IMG/VR virus record: IMGVR_UViG_2585427795_000009
Location: 1 to 37,639 of that record
DNA from: a virus
Lineage: Duplodnaviria; Heunggongvirae; Uroviricota; Caudoviricetes
Reading direction: 5' to 3' (one strand)
DNA length: 37,639 nt
In this document: positions 9,913 to 18,794 of the stretch, piece after piece
Position numbering within the stretch: position 1 is the first letter of the stretch
Layout: each line of letters opens with the position of its first letter
Program-made: the position numbers and the translations under genes
Notes under the pieces: model-generated
Database searches by the model: none
The model's input: the letters and a program-made list of their open reading frames with translations, nothing else
What the model was told of the DNA's origin: nothing

Positions 9913-12135
9913 TTACACCTGTGCGACGTTATACCATGTGCCATTGATGTATTTTTGTATTGGTCTGAATACTGCGGGGTCATCACCATCGACTTCACCG
10001 ACAATACCAAGCCCTGTAATTACGTGCCCTGCTTTCTCATACATCACTCCTTTCTGCATGGTCTGAACAACACGAGTGCCCAGGCGAATATCCCGGACAT
10101 AGCGAGAATCTGATTCAGCTTTGGTGTATGCACCAACATCTCCCGCTGATGGTTTTCGTGTTGTGGTATAGAAATCAGACCAGCCAGATTCAAAACCATA
10201 ACCATCACGGGCTGACCTGTAAGATATACCGCCATTTTTATAATTCACACGAAACTGTACAGCCGGGCAGCTACCAGCATTTATATTAAAGTGAAGAATT
10301 AATGCAGATGCTCCCCCAATCAGAGCGTTGTATGCGCCACTGTCCCAATTCCATCCCACGGCTGTATCACCATTAACCGTATTACCTGTCTGCCGAAGTG
10401 CAAATGCACCGACATTTCTGGCATTAAGGGTAATATCTCCAGAACCATCAAAGGCAACACCTGCTATTTTCCTCGGTGTTTCGAGTTTTGAGGCTGTTGC
10501 AGCATTTCCTGAAAGGTTGGAAATAAATGGATGTGAGCAGTAATAACCGCGCCCATTTTTAAAATCCAGAATAGCCTGTGCGTTCGTGCTTTCTGTAGCG
10601 GGATTAGTTGCCCCCCACTTATATGTCGTTTTACCGACGACATAATCCTCTGTCGGAACAATAACCGTTAGCCCTTCCTCTGCAAGAATTTGCACAGGGA
10701 AAGCTCTGGCTTCAACATAAAAAACACTACATACATCATCATCTTTCAGGCTTGTAACAATGGAATGGATTGAACGCTCATTGGTCTGATACGTCCAGAA
10801 ATAACCTGCCGCATATGAACCACGATCGGTCCAGCCTCCGGGCATAACCATGCCATTAAACTCGCAGTTATTCATTACATAATCGCCGTTATAACAACCA
10901 GTTGAAATAACGACGCGGGATGCCATTTCTCCTGAAAGGCTGGCAGCACGGCGAAAGATAACGGGATACCACTTCCCGGCAACGACATTTGCAGGGGCGG
11001 CAAACGAATACTTTCGCATTCCCTTTTTCTTATCCACTTCACCTTTGCTGTAAACATTAATGTTACTCAGGAAGCGTCCTTTATCAGGAATATCCGCACC
11101 GTTCTGATCTTTCTGGAGACGTTTTTCAGCATTGTCATAGGCAGACTTCACCGCTTTTGGTGTTGCAGCCAGCGTTTCAGAATCACTGTTGGTGGCGCTA
11201 CTGAGCTGGACAAGACCTTTTCGCGCTGTGGTGGCATCCTGTGCAGTGTATTTCCCGTTAGCAAGGTCATACGCTGTCTTAACCGCCTTTGGCGTTGCCG
11301 CAAGCGTTTCAGAATCGCTGTTGGTGGCGCTACTGAGCTGGACAAGGCCTTTTCGCGCGGTGGTGGCGTCCTGTGCAGTGTATTTCCCGTTAGCAAGGTC
11401 ATATGCTGCTTTTACCGCTTTTGGTGTTGCGGCGAGCGTTTCAGACGTGCTGTTGGTGGCACTACTGAGCTGGACAAGGCCTTTTCGCGCTGTGGTGGCG
11501 TCCTGTGCAGTGTATTTCCCGTTAGCAAGGTCATATGCTGCTTTTACCGCTTTTGGTGTTGCGGCGAGTGTTTCAGACGTGCTGTTGGTCGCACTGCTTA
11601 ACTGAGTAAAACCTTTGGCGGTCAGCGAGGCGTCCGGGTGACGTCGTGACTGTTCATGTTCTGCAATTTTGTCATCAACGTAATCCTGCGTTGCCATCAC
11701 CGTTGTGGTGTCAATGGTCAGCGCCACTGAGGCCACACTGCTGACGATGATGACCATGCGGCAGGTCTGCGAACGCCCTGAGCCTTCGGCAAGAGCTGGC
11801 TTATAACTTTCAGCCATGTTCGCCACGGCAATTAACGTTCCAGCATCATCGTACAGGCCAAGCTCACGCATCCAGAAACCGCCCACCTCCGGCGGAATAA
11901 CCAGCTCTGCGATAATATAATTACTGTTTCGTTTGTCCTGGCTGATTTTGTTCAGCGCATGTCGCCAGACTTCGTGGATAAGCCCGGTCTGTCCGGCATC
12001 CGGGACAGGCAATTTACCACCGCCATCCCCGACGGCCATCGTGGTAATGTTGACCTTCCGCCCTCCCGGTGCGGTTGCCGCTGCCAGCTTTGCTGCACCG
12101 GCAGTGGTGATAACGGTTTTGAATTTTGTGCTCAT
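9913..12135 (-). CDS. H: Tail fibre protein gpH with four tandem 40-aa fibre repeats
   Basis: 740 aa; N-terminal MSTKFKTVITTAGAAKLAAATAPGG typical of P2 H; internal repeats KGLVQLSSATNS(T/D)SETLAATPKAVKAAYDLANGKYTAQDATTAR x4. Confidence 0.88.
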   Translation of the reverse strand: MSTKFKTVITTAGAAKLAAATAPGGRKVNITTMAVGDGGGKLPVPDAGQTGLIHEVWRHALNKISQDKRNSNYIIAELVIPPEVGGFWMRELGLYDDAGTLIAVANMAESYKPALAEGSGRSQTCRMVIIVSSVASVALTIDTTTVMATQDYVDDKIAEHEQSRRHPDASLTAKGFTQLSSATNSTSETLAATPKAVKAAYDLANGKYTAQDATTARKGLVQLSSATNSTSETLAATPKAVKAAYDLANGKYTAQDATTARKGLVQLSSATNSDSETLAATPKAVKTAYDLANGKYTAQDATTARKGLVQLSSATNSDSETLAATPKAVKSAYDNAEKRLQKDQNGADIPDKGRFLSNINVYSKGEVDKKKGMRKYSFAAPANVVAGKWYPVIFRRAASLSGEMASRVVISTGCYNGDYVMNNCEFNGMVMPGGWTDRGSYAAGYFWTYQTNERSIHSIVTSLKDDDVCSVFYVEARAFPVQILAEEGLTVIVPTEDYVVGKTTYKWGATNPATESTNAQAILDFKNGRGYYCSHPFISNLSGNAATASKLETPRKIAGVAFDGSGDITLNARNVGAFALRQTGNTVNGDTAVGWNWDSGAYNALIGGASALILHFNINAGSCPAVQFRVNYKNGGISYRSARDGYGFESGWSDFYTTTRKPSAGDVGAYTKAESDSRYVRDIRLGTRVVQTMQKGVMYEKAGHVITGLGIVGEVDGDDPAVFRPIQKYINGTWYNVAQV
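11110..11640. repeat. About 4.3 tandem copies of a 120-bp unit inside H (coding fibre repeats)
   Basis: Near-identical 120-bp units visible directly in the DNA; they give identical peptides in three frames of the ORF track. Confidence 0.85.
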
Positions 12136-12145
12136 TATTCCTCAC

Positions 12146-12676
12146 TTATCCGGGGTAAACCGTAATTACATCGCCGTCGTAAGCCACACCACCGGCGAAC
12201 AGGTAGCCGGGAATGTCCCGGGAAATGTTCAGGCCAATAAGGTGACGGCTTGCAGGTTTGGCATCAGCAATCAGCCGTTCCATTTCCTGATACATTGCCT
12301 CTGTGATGCCACTTTCCAGTACACCAATATCAAGCCGGAAGGTGCCGGGCGGGTCACTGTTTTCCCACCACTCCGTCACGTTGATGAGATAGCCCAGCGG
12401 CTCCACCACACGCCGGATTGCACCTATCGTGCCCTTATGACAGTGGATGAAATAGGCATCGCGAATAACGGCGCGTTTTGTCGCTTCCGGCCACTTTTCA
12501 TCCCACCTGTCAACCGAAAACGCCCACGCCAGCCACGGCAGCAGATTTGCCGGACAGGTGTCCGGGTTCCAGAGCTCACGAATACTGACCGGCGTTTTTT
12601 CAATTTCCGCACAGGCTTTTGCGGCGGCAACTTCAAGCGGTGATGAGCCGGTCGGCAGCAGTCGCGAATCACTCAT
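12146..12676 (-). CDS. I: Baseplate protein gpI
   Basis: 176 aa, synteny J-I-H. Confidence 0.85.
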   Translation of the reverse strand: MSDSRLLPTGSSPLEVAAAKACAEIEKTPVSIRELWNPDTCPANLLPWLAWAFSVDRWDEKWPEATKRAVIRDAYFIHCHKGTIGAIRRVVEPLGYLINVTEWWENSDPPGTFRLDIGVLESGITEAMYQEMERLIADAKPASRHLIGLNISRDIPGYLFAGGVAYDGDVITVYPG

Positions 12677-13577
12677 CCGAGCCTCCGGTCACGACGTGGT
12701 ATTCGGTGCAGAAAGACGCCTGCGTACTGTTGAGCACGATGTCGGCCAGTGGTGCAGCCAGTTCGACACGCTGCACGCCTTCCACATGCAAGGCGGCATA
12801 AATGGCAGACAGACGGATGTCGCGCCCCAGCCGGTGCTGTGCCGTGATGTACGCTTCCAGTTTTTTCACGGCGGCAGCGCGGATGGGTTCGCTTTCGGGA
12901 CCAGGGTAAAGGTAAAGCGTGGCGTTTATCTGGTATTCAACGATGGCGGCAGACTGCACGGTCACGCGGTCGGCCACCGGCCTGACGTCCTCGCCATTAA
13001 GAGCGTTACGCACCACAGCCAGCAGGTCTTCGGATGCGACACCGTTATTTTCACGTGACAGTACGGAGATGGTGACGCAGGCCGGAGACGGACTGGTGAC
13101 AGAGATATCCGCGACACGCCCGTCGGCACTGCGACCATGATACTGATAGGCTCCCACCGACCCGGCGACGCTTAAGCCCTCAAACGCCTGCTGAATACGC
13201 AGACGATAATCGGTGTCAGATTCCATCACTGCCGGTGTCGGCGGGATAGTCGAATCATCTGCCGGAGTGATAATCAGGCGCGTGGTGTTGTAATTGGCAC
13301 CAATCACATCAAGGTCATTACCGGCGGCACAGGCCAGCATCACCGCCCGTGCGGCCTCATTCACACGCTGACGCCAGATAAGCTCACGATAAGCATTTTC
13401 CTCCAGCAGTTTGACGAGAGGCTCGGATTCCAGTGTCAGGGTACCGGCGACCGCCTCCTGCTGATCTTCCGGGTAAAGGGAAATCAGTGTCGCCTTGCGT
13501 TCAGCGAGAATGCTTTCAAAATCCAGCTCCTCGACCACATCCGGTGCGGGTAGCTGGTTCAGGTCGATAATCGGCAT
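12669..13577 (-). CDS. J: Baseplate protein gpJ
   Basis: 302 aa, synteny. Confidence 0.88.
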   Translation of the reverse strand: MPIIDLNQLPAPDVVEELDFESILAERKATLISLYPEDQQEAVAGTLTLESEPLVKLLEENAYRELIWRQRVNEAARAVMLACAAGNDLDVIGANYNTTRLIITPADDSTIPPTPAVMESDTDYRLRIQQAFEGLSVAGSVGAYQYHGRSADGRVADISVTSPSPACVTISVLSRENNGVASEDLLAVVRNALNGEDVRPVADRVTVQSAAIVEYQINATLYLYPGPESEPIRAAAVKKLEAYITAQHRLGRDIRLSAIYAALHVEGVQRVELAAPLADIVLNSTQASFCTEYHVVTGGSDE

Positions 13578-13581
13578 GGTT

Positions 13582-13929
13582 TCAACTCACAGGGATGGTT
13601 AACGAAAGTGGCTGGCCGGTGTCGTTGTGCTGGCCGGTTAACGTGACCGTCATTCGCCCGTCAAAACTGCGCTCAGTGGTGACGGATGACAGGGTGACGC
13701 GGGGTTCCCATTTCAGCACCGCCATGTAACAGGCGACCTTAATCTGCAACTCAAGCGCCGGGGTCTGCGGCTGGTCAATCATTGATGCCAGCAACGAGCC
13801 GTAATCACGACGCATCACCCGTGAGCCGACCGGTGTGCGCAGGATATCGCCGATACTCTGGCTGATATGCTCAAGGTCAGTGACAGTCAGGCCATCACTG
13901 CGATTCATTCCGAGATAACGCGCTGTCAT
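13582..13929 (-). CDS. W: Baseplate wedge protein gpW (gp25-like)
   Basis: 115 aa, synteny V-W-J. Confidence 0.88.
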   Translation of the reverse strand: MTARYLGMNRSDGLTVTDLEHISQSIGDILRTPVGSRVMRRDYGSLLASMIDQPQTPALELQIKVACYMAVLKWEPRVTLSSVTTERSFDGRMTVTLTGQHNDTGQPLSLTIPVS

Positions 13930-14561
13930 AGAGGGCTCCCGGTTGTGCCGCCGCTGTCGCCGGGGTGTTTATGGGTATGCAGTACCTTACCGTTTGATGA
14001 GAGTTCACCGCCGGTGTGTTCAATGTTGCCGCGCATCGTCCCGCCCTTCTGCACTTCCAGCGTGCCGGTAGTCAGTTTGTTAGTGCAGACCACTTCTGGT
14101 GTGTCCAGGGTGACACGGGTTGACGCTTTCACCGTGACCACCGGTACCGTGGCAGTAACAGAATCAGAAGCCGTCACGCTGGCCGTTTTAATTCCGCTTA
14201 CCGTGAGTGCACTGGTTTCGGGTTCATACTCAATCACCGCCCCGTCAGGGAAACGGATATGCAGGGCATCAGCCGACGCAGACGGCGCAGGGTTATCGCC
14301 GGAATAAATCCCCGGCAGAACGAACGCCGTGTCGAGTTCACCGCCCACGGCCAGAATCAGCACCTGTTCCCCCACGGAAGGTGCCCACCATGTGCGCGAA
14401 CGTCCTGCGCGATGGGTCAGCCACTGAAGCCAGTCGGTGCACATGCCGCCGGTCTGCACGCGGCAGCGACCGGCGTTAAGGTCGGTTTCGACGATAATGC
14501 CGGTGCGAATCATGTTGCGCAGTGCGCGCGCGAGTTCCTGAATATTTGCGAGAGTGTTCAT
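13926..14561 (-). CDS. V: Baseplate spike protein gpV
   Basis: 211 aa from ATG at 14561 (MNTLANIQELARAL...); the ORF track start at 14579 is a TTG extension. Confidence 0.88.
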   Translation of the reverse strand: MNTLANIQELARALRNMIRTGIIVETDLNAGRCRVQTGGMCTDWLQWLTHRAGRSRTWWAPSVGEQVLILAVGGELDTAFVLPGIYSGDNPAPSASADALHIRFPDGAVIEYEPETSALTVSGIKTASVTASDSVTATVPVVTVKASTRVTLDTPEVVCTNKLTTGTLEVQKGGTMRGNIEHTGGELSSNGKVLHTHKHPGDSGGTTGSPL

Positions 14562-14644
14562 GCATGTGAGATTGCACAATATATAAAAGTTATGCTATCT
14601 GGATTCATTTGTAGAACTACCAGACAACATTCAAGGAGAGCGTA

Positions 14645-15430
14645 ATGGTCAGCTATAATGTGACTAATGTGTGGGAGCTAATCGTTTTTTTCCTTTGTAG
14701 CTTTGCAGTATTAGCATTTTTTAGCTTTGGTAAAAGTAACCTTATGAGGCTTATTGCACATTATTTCAATTTTGGATATTCAGACAAAAAATTAAAAAGA
14801 CTTGACCGCGAGTGGCGCGACATTCAACTATTTAAAATAATTAACGGAATCAATGTATCAGGCATTGAAAATGTGAGAATGATACAGCAGGGACTGATTG
14901 ATGGAAAACTAAAAACATCGTATTTTTTCCTTACTCGCATCTGGGGTGACATAACAAAGCCACCACACATAATTAAAACAATAATTGTAATTCTGGCCAG
15001 TATTTTTTACATTCTTCTCGCATGTTACATACACAACGAACAATCCGTTATAGTAAGGGATGCCATAGGCATACCATATAAAAACATGATGTACTATGTT
15101 TATAGTGACAAAGTTCTTTTATCCTTCAAAAATAAAGCAGTTGAATTTAATAAAACTTATAGCCTTGCCGATTGCAAGAGACTGCAAAACGTATTTATAA
15201 AAGACACACTTCCTGAGATCGCCTGCAATAAGCTCTTACAGCTAAACGAGGAGGACTCCGAATGGTTAAGTCAGGAGATTAAAGATAATAACAGTCACAA
15301 AAAAGCATTATTAATACTATCCCTCGTCTATTTCACTTCAGGTCTGGTTATATTCCTGTCATATACAAAATTCTTTTACGCCAATAAGAAGGTTTTAGAA
15401 TACAAAGCATCAAATAAAAATCACTCATAA
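14645..15430 (+). CDS. Hypothetical multi-pass membrane protein, AT-rich cargo gene in the orf30 slot between S and V
   Basis: 261-aa ORF with strong SD (AAGGAGAGCGTAATG); opposite strand to the late operon; three hydrophobic helices (LIVFFLCSFAVLAFFSF, IIKTIIVILASIFYILLACYI, ALLILSLVYFTSGLVIFLSY); much lower GC than neighbours. Confidence 0.65.
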   Translation: MVSYNVTNVWELIVFFLCSFAVLAFFSFGKSNLMRLIAHYFNFGYSDKKLKRLDREWRDIQLFKIINGINVSGIENVRMIQQGLIDGKLKTSYFFLTRIWGDITKPPHIIKTIIVILASIFYILLACYIHNEQSVIVRDAIGIPYKNMMYYVYSDKVLLSFKNKAVEFNKTYSLADCKRLQNVFIKDTLPEIACNKLLQLNEEDSEWLSQEIKDNNSHKKALLILSLVYFTSGLVIFLSYTKFFYANKKVLEYKASNKNHS

Positions 15431-15501
15431 ACCTCTAAACATTGAGCGACCAGCATGGCCGCTCAATGTTTAATTGCGCATCAGCCTCTGCCTGGATAAA
15501 A

Positions 15502-15954
15502 CTAACGCTCAAGGTGAGCCAGGATAATCTCTTCAATCATCTGCACATCCTCACAGGTAAAGCCGAGCAGAGGACGCGCCGGATAATCAATTTTCTTACC
15601 GTCTTTCCGGGTTTCTTCCGACAGACCGAACTGATGCACACTGGCGATTTTCGGCGACTTCCCGCCGTAAAATTCCATTGATGCCTGTTCCGGGCTGGCG
15701 CGGATATGCAAAAAACGACTGGTGATAAGTTTCGCAAACATTTTTCGCTTAACACGACCGGTCTTTTTTCTGGCGCGCTGCTGCTGGCGTGGCGCGTAGG
15801 GTGTGCCGTCCGGGGCTTTCTGTGCCATCACCCGGCGCTGCTGACTCTGCCGCAGACGTTTCGCCAGTTCGGTGCTCAGTCGCCGACGCCCTGACGGTGA
15901 CAGTGATTCAATCAGTCCGGTCAGACGGTCTTCAAAACGCTTAAACTCATTCAT
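15502..15954 (-). CDS. S: Tail completion protein gpS
   Basis: 150 aa, synteny. Confidence 0.85.
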   Translation of the reverse strand: MNEFKRFEDRLTGLIESLSPSGRRRLSTELAKRLRQSQQRRVMAQKAPDGTPYAPRQQQRARKKTGRVKRKMFAKLITSRFLHIRASPEQASMEFYGGKSPKIASVHQFGLSEETRKDGKKIDYPARPLLGFTCEDVQMIEEIILAHLER

Positions 15955-16414
15955 CCCACTTGCTCACCAGTTCACCATTGATATAAAGCTCCATCGGGCG
16001 GGTGACCGGCTCCGGCGGCGGAGGTTCCGGGATATTTTTCACATGCAGTGCGCCGCCAACCTCACTGACCAGCGTGCGCTCGGTCAGCATCAGGCTGATG
16101 CTGATATCAAAGCTGCTGTCATTGTTGATGTCCGCATAAAACGTGAAGCCCTTTTTCTGGCCTTCGTCGGTGGTCATGATGTCGGGCTGATTTTCCCGCA
16201 GCCACGCCAGCACCGGCACGATGAGCAGGTCAAAATCACCGGTAAAGTCGGTCACAATCACATTGAGCGTGTAACGCTTTTCGAACGACAGCGACGCCGC
16301 CAGCGTGGAGGCAATACTCCCGTTATCCACGAATATCCGCAGCATATCGGGGTTAGTTTTCAGCACCGTGACGGCATCAGTCAGCGCCCTGCGCAGGCTG
16401 TCGGGTTTGAGCAT
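15947..16414 (-). CDS. R: Tail completion protein gpR
   Basis: 155 aa, synteny. Confidence 0.85.
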   Translation of the reverse strand: MLKPDSLRRALTDAVTVLKTNPDMLRIFVDNGSIASTLAASLSFEKRYTLNVIVTDFTGDFDLLIVPVLAWLRENQPDIMTTDEGQKKGFTFYADINNDSSFDISISLMLTERTLVSEVGGALHVKNIPEPPPPEPVTRPMELYINGELVSKWDE

Positions 16415-16667
16415 CGTTTTCGTCCTGACAGTGTTTAACCATTTTTACCTGGCTGGCACAGCGTGCCAGCGCGTTCTCAAGCTGCCGGATATCGGCACTT
16501 AAATCGCCGTTCGTCTCCGGGTCACTGCCCGGCATCGGGCAAAGACTCACTTTCGGACAGGCGTTGGCGACAATCACTGGCGTCAGTGCAGGCGGGGCGC
16601 TGGTGCAACCGGCGCACAGCATCAGGCAGGTCAGCACCGTACCAGCGGCGAAAATCTTCGTTTTCAT
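16377..16667 (-). CDS. lysC: LysC, Rz1-like outer-membrane lipoprotein spanin, embedded out of frame in lysB
   Basis: Internal ATG at 16667 gives MKTKIFAAGTVLTCLMLCAGC lipobox signal followed by a proline-rich segment; overlaps the lysB 3' half in another frame. Confidence 0.7.
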   Translation of the reverse strand: MKTKIFAAGTVLTCLMLCAGCTSAPPALTPVIVANACPKVSLCPMPGSDPETNGDLSADIRQLENALARCASQVKMVKHCQDENDAQTRQPAQGAD

Positions 16668-16947
16668 TGAGTAATCTCGTGATGGTTTTCTCGCGCTGTG
16701 CTTCACGCTTCGCGGCGTTCTCCAGTTCCTGACGCAGAGCCACCTGCGCCAGCTCGTTTTTGTCTGCCCTGGTGAGCGCAACATGAAGCTGATTTTTCAG
16801 CATGGTGATGGTCGCCTGCTGCTCGCTGGCTACGTTGTTTACCCTGTCCAGTGAGGTGCGCAGGCTGGCATTTTTGTGTTTCACCAGAAACAGACCGGCC
16901 ACCGCCAGCGATAACAACACGACCAGCACAATCATCAGCTTTGACAT
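16522..16947 (-). CDS. lysB: LysB, Rz-like inner-membrane spanin
   Basis: 141 aa, N-terminal TM helix then coiled-coil region; synteny after K/lysA. Confidence 0.8.
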   Translation of the reverse strand: MSKLMIVLVVLLSLAVAGLFLVKHKNASLRTSLDRVNNVASEQQATITMLKNQLHVALTRADKNELAQVALRQELENAAKREAQREKTITRLLNENEDFRRWYGADLPDAVRRLHQRPACTDASDCRQRLSESESLPDAGQ

Positions 16948-17186
16948 AGTTCCCGCCCCTCAAGACGCTGACGACAGGCTTTACGTATCAGCCGGAAAAA
17001 CAGCGACGCCACAAGATAAATCAGCGCGATAAAAATCCACCCGGCAGCGACCAGCGAGATAAACGTCGCCAGAATCGCCCAGGCGGCGACAAAATTGACG
17101 GCCACGCTCTGCGGGTAAATCAGGGACAGTGCCAGCATCAGCGCCAGCAACACGTTCAGCATCAGTGAAAGGGATAATTTCTTCAT
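16935..17186 (-). CDS. lysA: LysA-position small membrane protein (lysis timing regulator candidate)
   Basis: 83-aa strongly hydrophobic ORF between K and lysB; assignment by position only. Confidence 0.55.
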   Translation of the reverse strand: MKKLSLSLMLNVLLALMLALSLIYPQSVAVNFVAAWAILATFISLVAAGWIFIALIYLVASLFFRLIRKACRQRLEGRELCQS

Positions 17187-17200
17187 GGTGTTTACTCCGT

Positions 17201-17698
17201 TTAAGCCGGTACGCCGCCAGCGGTACGCCAGACGGTGACCAGTTTTTCCAGTGAATGCTCACGCTGACCGTAACCGGCACCCGGCAGGGACGCCCAGATA
17301 TTGCGACAGCGTGAAATGGCGCGCTCAATGCGTCCCGCCCGGATGTCATCCAGTGCACCGCGTTCGCGGATCAACTGAATGGCGAGTCTGTCCTGTGACA
17401 ACGGACTGAAATCCGGCAGGGCAAGTTGTTTGCGGTAATGCGGCCAGAACAGGTAAAGCTGCTGATAGCGACCGGAGGCCGTGGATTTTTCACCGCGACG
17501 GTTAAACACCTTCGCTGGTCGACCATGTGCGAACGGGTGGTCACTGTAGTCGGTAAAAATTTCCGGCTTTCCGTCCAGTCCGGTGACTATCACGTCATAG
17601 CCCCGGTTTTTCGTCAGCGGATGGTTCGCCGTCCCTTCGGACACGGCCAGCATGTCGAGAAAGGCGGCGATATTCTGATGCGTGTTAATAACCGGCAT
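17201..17698 (-). CDS. K: Endolysin gpK (lysozyme-like)
   Basis: 165 aa, synteny after holin; start overlaps Y stop (TAATG). Confidence 0.88.
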   Translation of the reverse strand: MPVINTHQNIAAFLDMLAVSEGTANHPLTKNRGYDVIVTGLDGKPEIFTDYSDHPFAHGRPAKVFNRRGEKSTASGRYQQLYLFWPHYRKQLALPDFSPLSQDRLAIQLIRERGALDDIRAGRIERAISRCRNIWASLPGAGYGQREHSLEKLVTVWRTAGGVPA

Positions 17699-17979
17699 TA
17701 CTGTTTCCCCCTGCCCTTAAAGCGGCGCTGAATGGCAATCTCAATCACCTGATAACCGGCGATACCCAGCATGGAGCCGATGCCGCACACCGCAGGCAGT
17801 GACAGGTCAGGAAACTGCACCAGAACAACACCGGCAACCATCGAGACAAAACCACCGAGCAACATGCGCCCGATAAACAGACGCGGGGTGATGGGTTCAC
17901 CACCGGCAAGCACCTTGCCGACAACAATCAGCACCCCAATCATGAAAAGCGACAGGACGCTTTTTTCTTCTGCTGTCAT
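17698..17979 (-). CDS. Y: Holin gpY
   Basis: 93 aa with three hydrophobic segments and a charged C-terminus. Confidence 0.85.
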   Translation of the reverse strand: MTAEEKSVLSLFMIGVLIVVGKVLAGGEPITPRLFIGRMLLGGFVSMVAGVVLVQFPDLSLPAVCGIGSMLGIAGYQVIEIAIQRRFKGRGKQ

Positions 17980-17982
17980 GCG

Positions 17983-18186
17983 TTACTCCCACAGATTGAC
18001 AGTTTCAGCCACGGGCGCGGTCTGAACGTCGGGCAGTTCGACGGCGGTGCCGTGTGGCAGCACCGCACCCAGTTCAGCCAGTCCCGGATTTGCGGCGAGC
18101 ACGGTCTCAACCACGCCCTCAGTGCGCCCGTAATACCGGACACAAATGGCGTCGAGCGTGTCGCCCTGTAGCGCAAAGGTCTTCAT
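17983..18186 (-). CDS. X: Tail protein gpX
   Basis: 67 aa from ATG 18186 (MKTFALQGDTLDAICVRYYG...); the ORF track version is 5'-extended. Confidence 0.82.
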   Translation of the reverse strand: MKTFALQGDTLDAICVRYYGRTEGVVETVLAANPGLAELGAVLPHGTAVELPDVQTAPVAETVNLWE

Positions 18187-18695
18187 CAGATTTGACTCAC
18201 GATGCAGCGCGGCTTGTCCTGGATACGCGCCACCGCCCAGCGCATATCCCGCCAAAGTTCATCAATGGTGCTGTCAATGCTGTCAGCCTTCTTGTCGCCT
18301 TTCGCACTGGCATCCACGCCGCGATAACGCTCATAAAGCGACGCGGTCGCCATCGCACACACGGCGCGCTCGTAGTAAAAAACTTTGATGCTTTCACCGT
18401 CGATGTCGTCCGCCGGAACGTCCGCCAGACGCGTAAAACCGGCGGCAATTTTCTGTTCGCGGTACTCGTACAGCTCCGCATTCGTCTCCGCCATGCCTGA
18501 CTTGATGGCCTCTCGCAGACGGGCGGGGGCGACGGTCTGCTCAAGGCGCATACGTTCCCGGACGCGCTTCGGGTCGATATCGGGAAAAAAGAACGTGTTT
18601 TTAATCACCGGCTCGTCGCCTGCCGGTTGCGGGATGACCACCGTACCCTCACCGGACACGGGAGCCTCCTTTCGCGGAATAATCAGCGTCATCAT
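18186..18695 (-). CDS. L: Head completion protein gpL
   Basis: 169 aa from ATG 18695 (MMTLIIPRKEAP...). Confidence 0.82.
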   Translation of the reverse strand: MMTLIIPRKEAPVSGEGTVVIPQPAGDEPVIKNTFFFPDIDPKRVRERMRLEQTVAPARLREAIKSGMAETNAELYEYREQKIAAGFTRLADVPADDIDGESIKVFYYERAVCAMATASLYERYRGVDASAKGDKKADSIDSTIDELWRDMRWAVARIQDKPRCIVSQI

Positions 18696-18794
18696 GACTA
18701 CCTCTGAAAAGTCGGGCGGTGGACGCCGGTGCAGTGTCAGGTGATTCACCCTCACTGACCGGCGTGCCGCCCTGGCGCGGGGCGCATTCGGTTG

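Noticed and set aside
11148-11605. ORFs of 84 and 138 aa with internally repeated peptides that might suggest a separate repeat protein or a CRISPR-like array
   Set aside because: They are alternative-frame readings of the 120-bp tandem repeats inside H. The repeats are contiguous with no unique spacers and are in-frame coding repeats of the tail fibre, so this is not CRISPR.
16981-17358. 125-aa minus-strand ORF overlapping K, considered as a full-length LysA
   Set aside because: It is out of frame within the endolysin gene and not hydrophobic; the 83-aa membrane ORF at 16935..17186 fits the lysA slot better.
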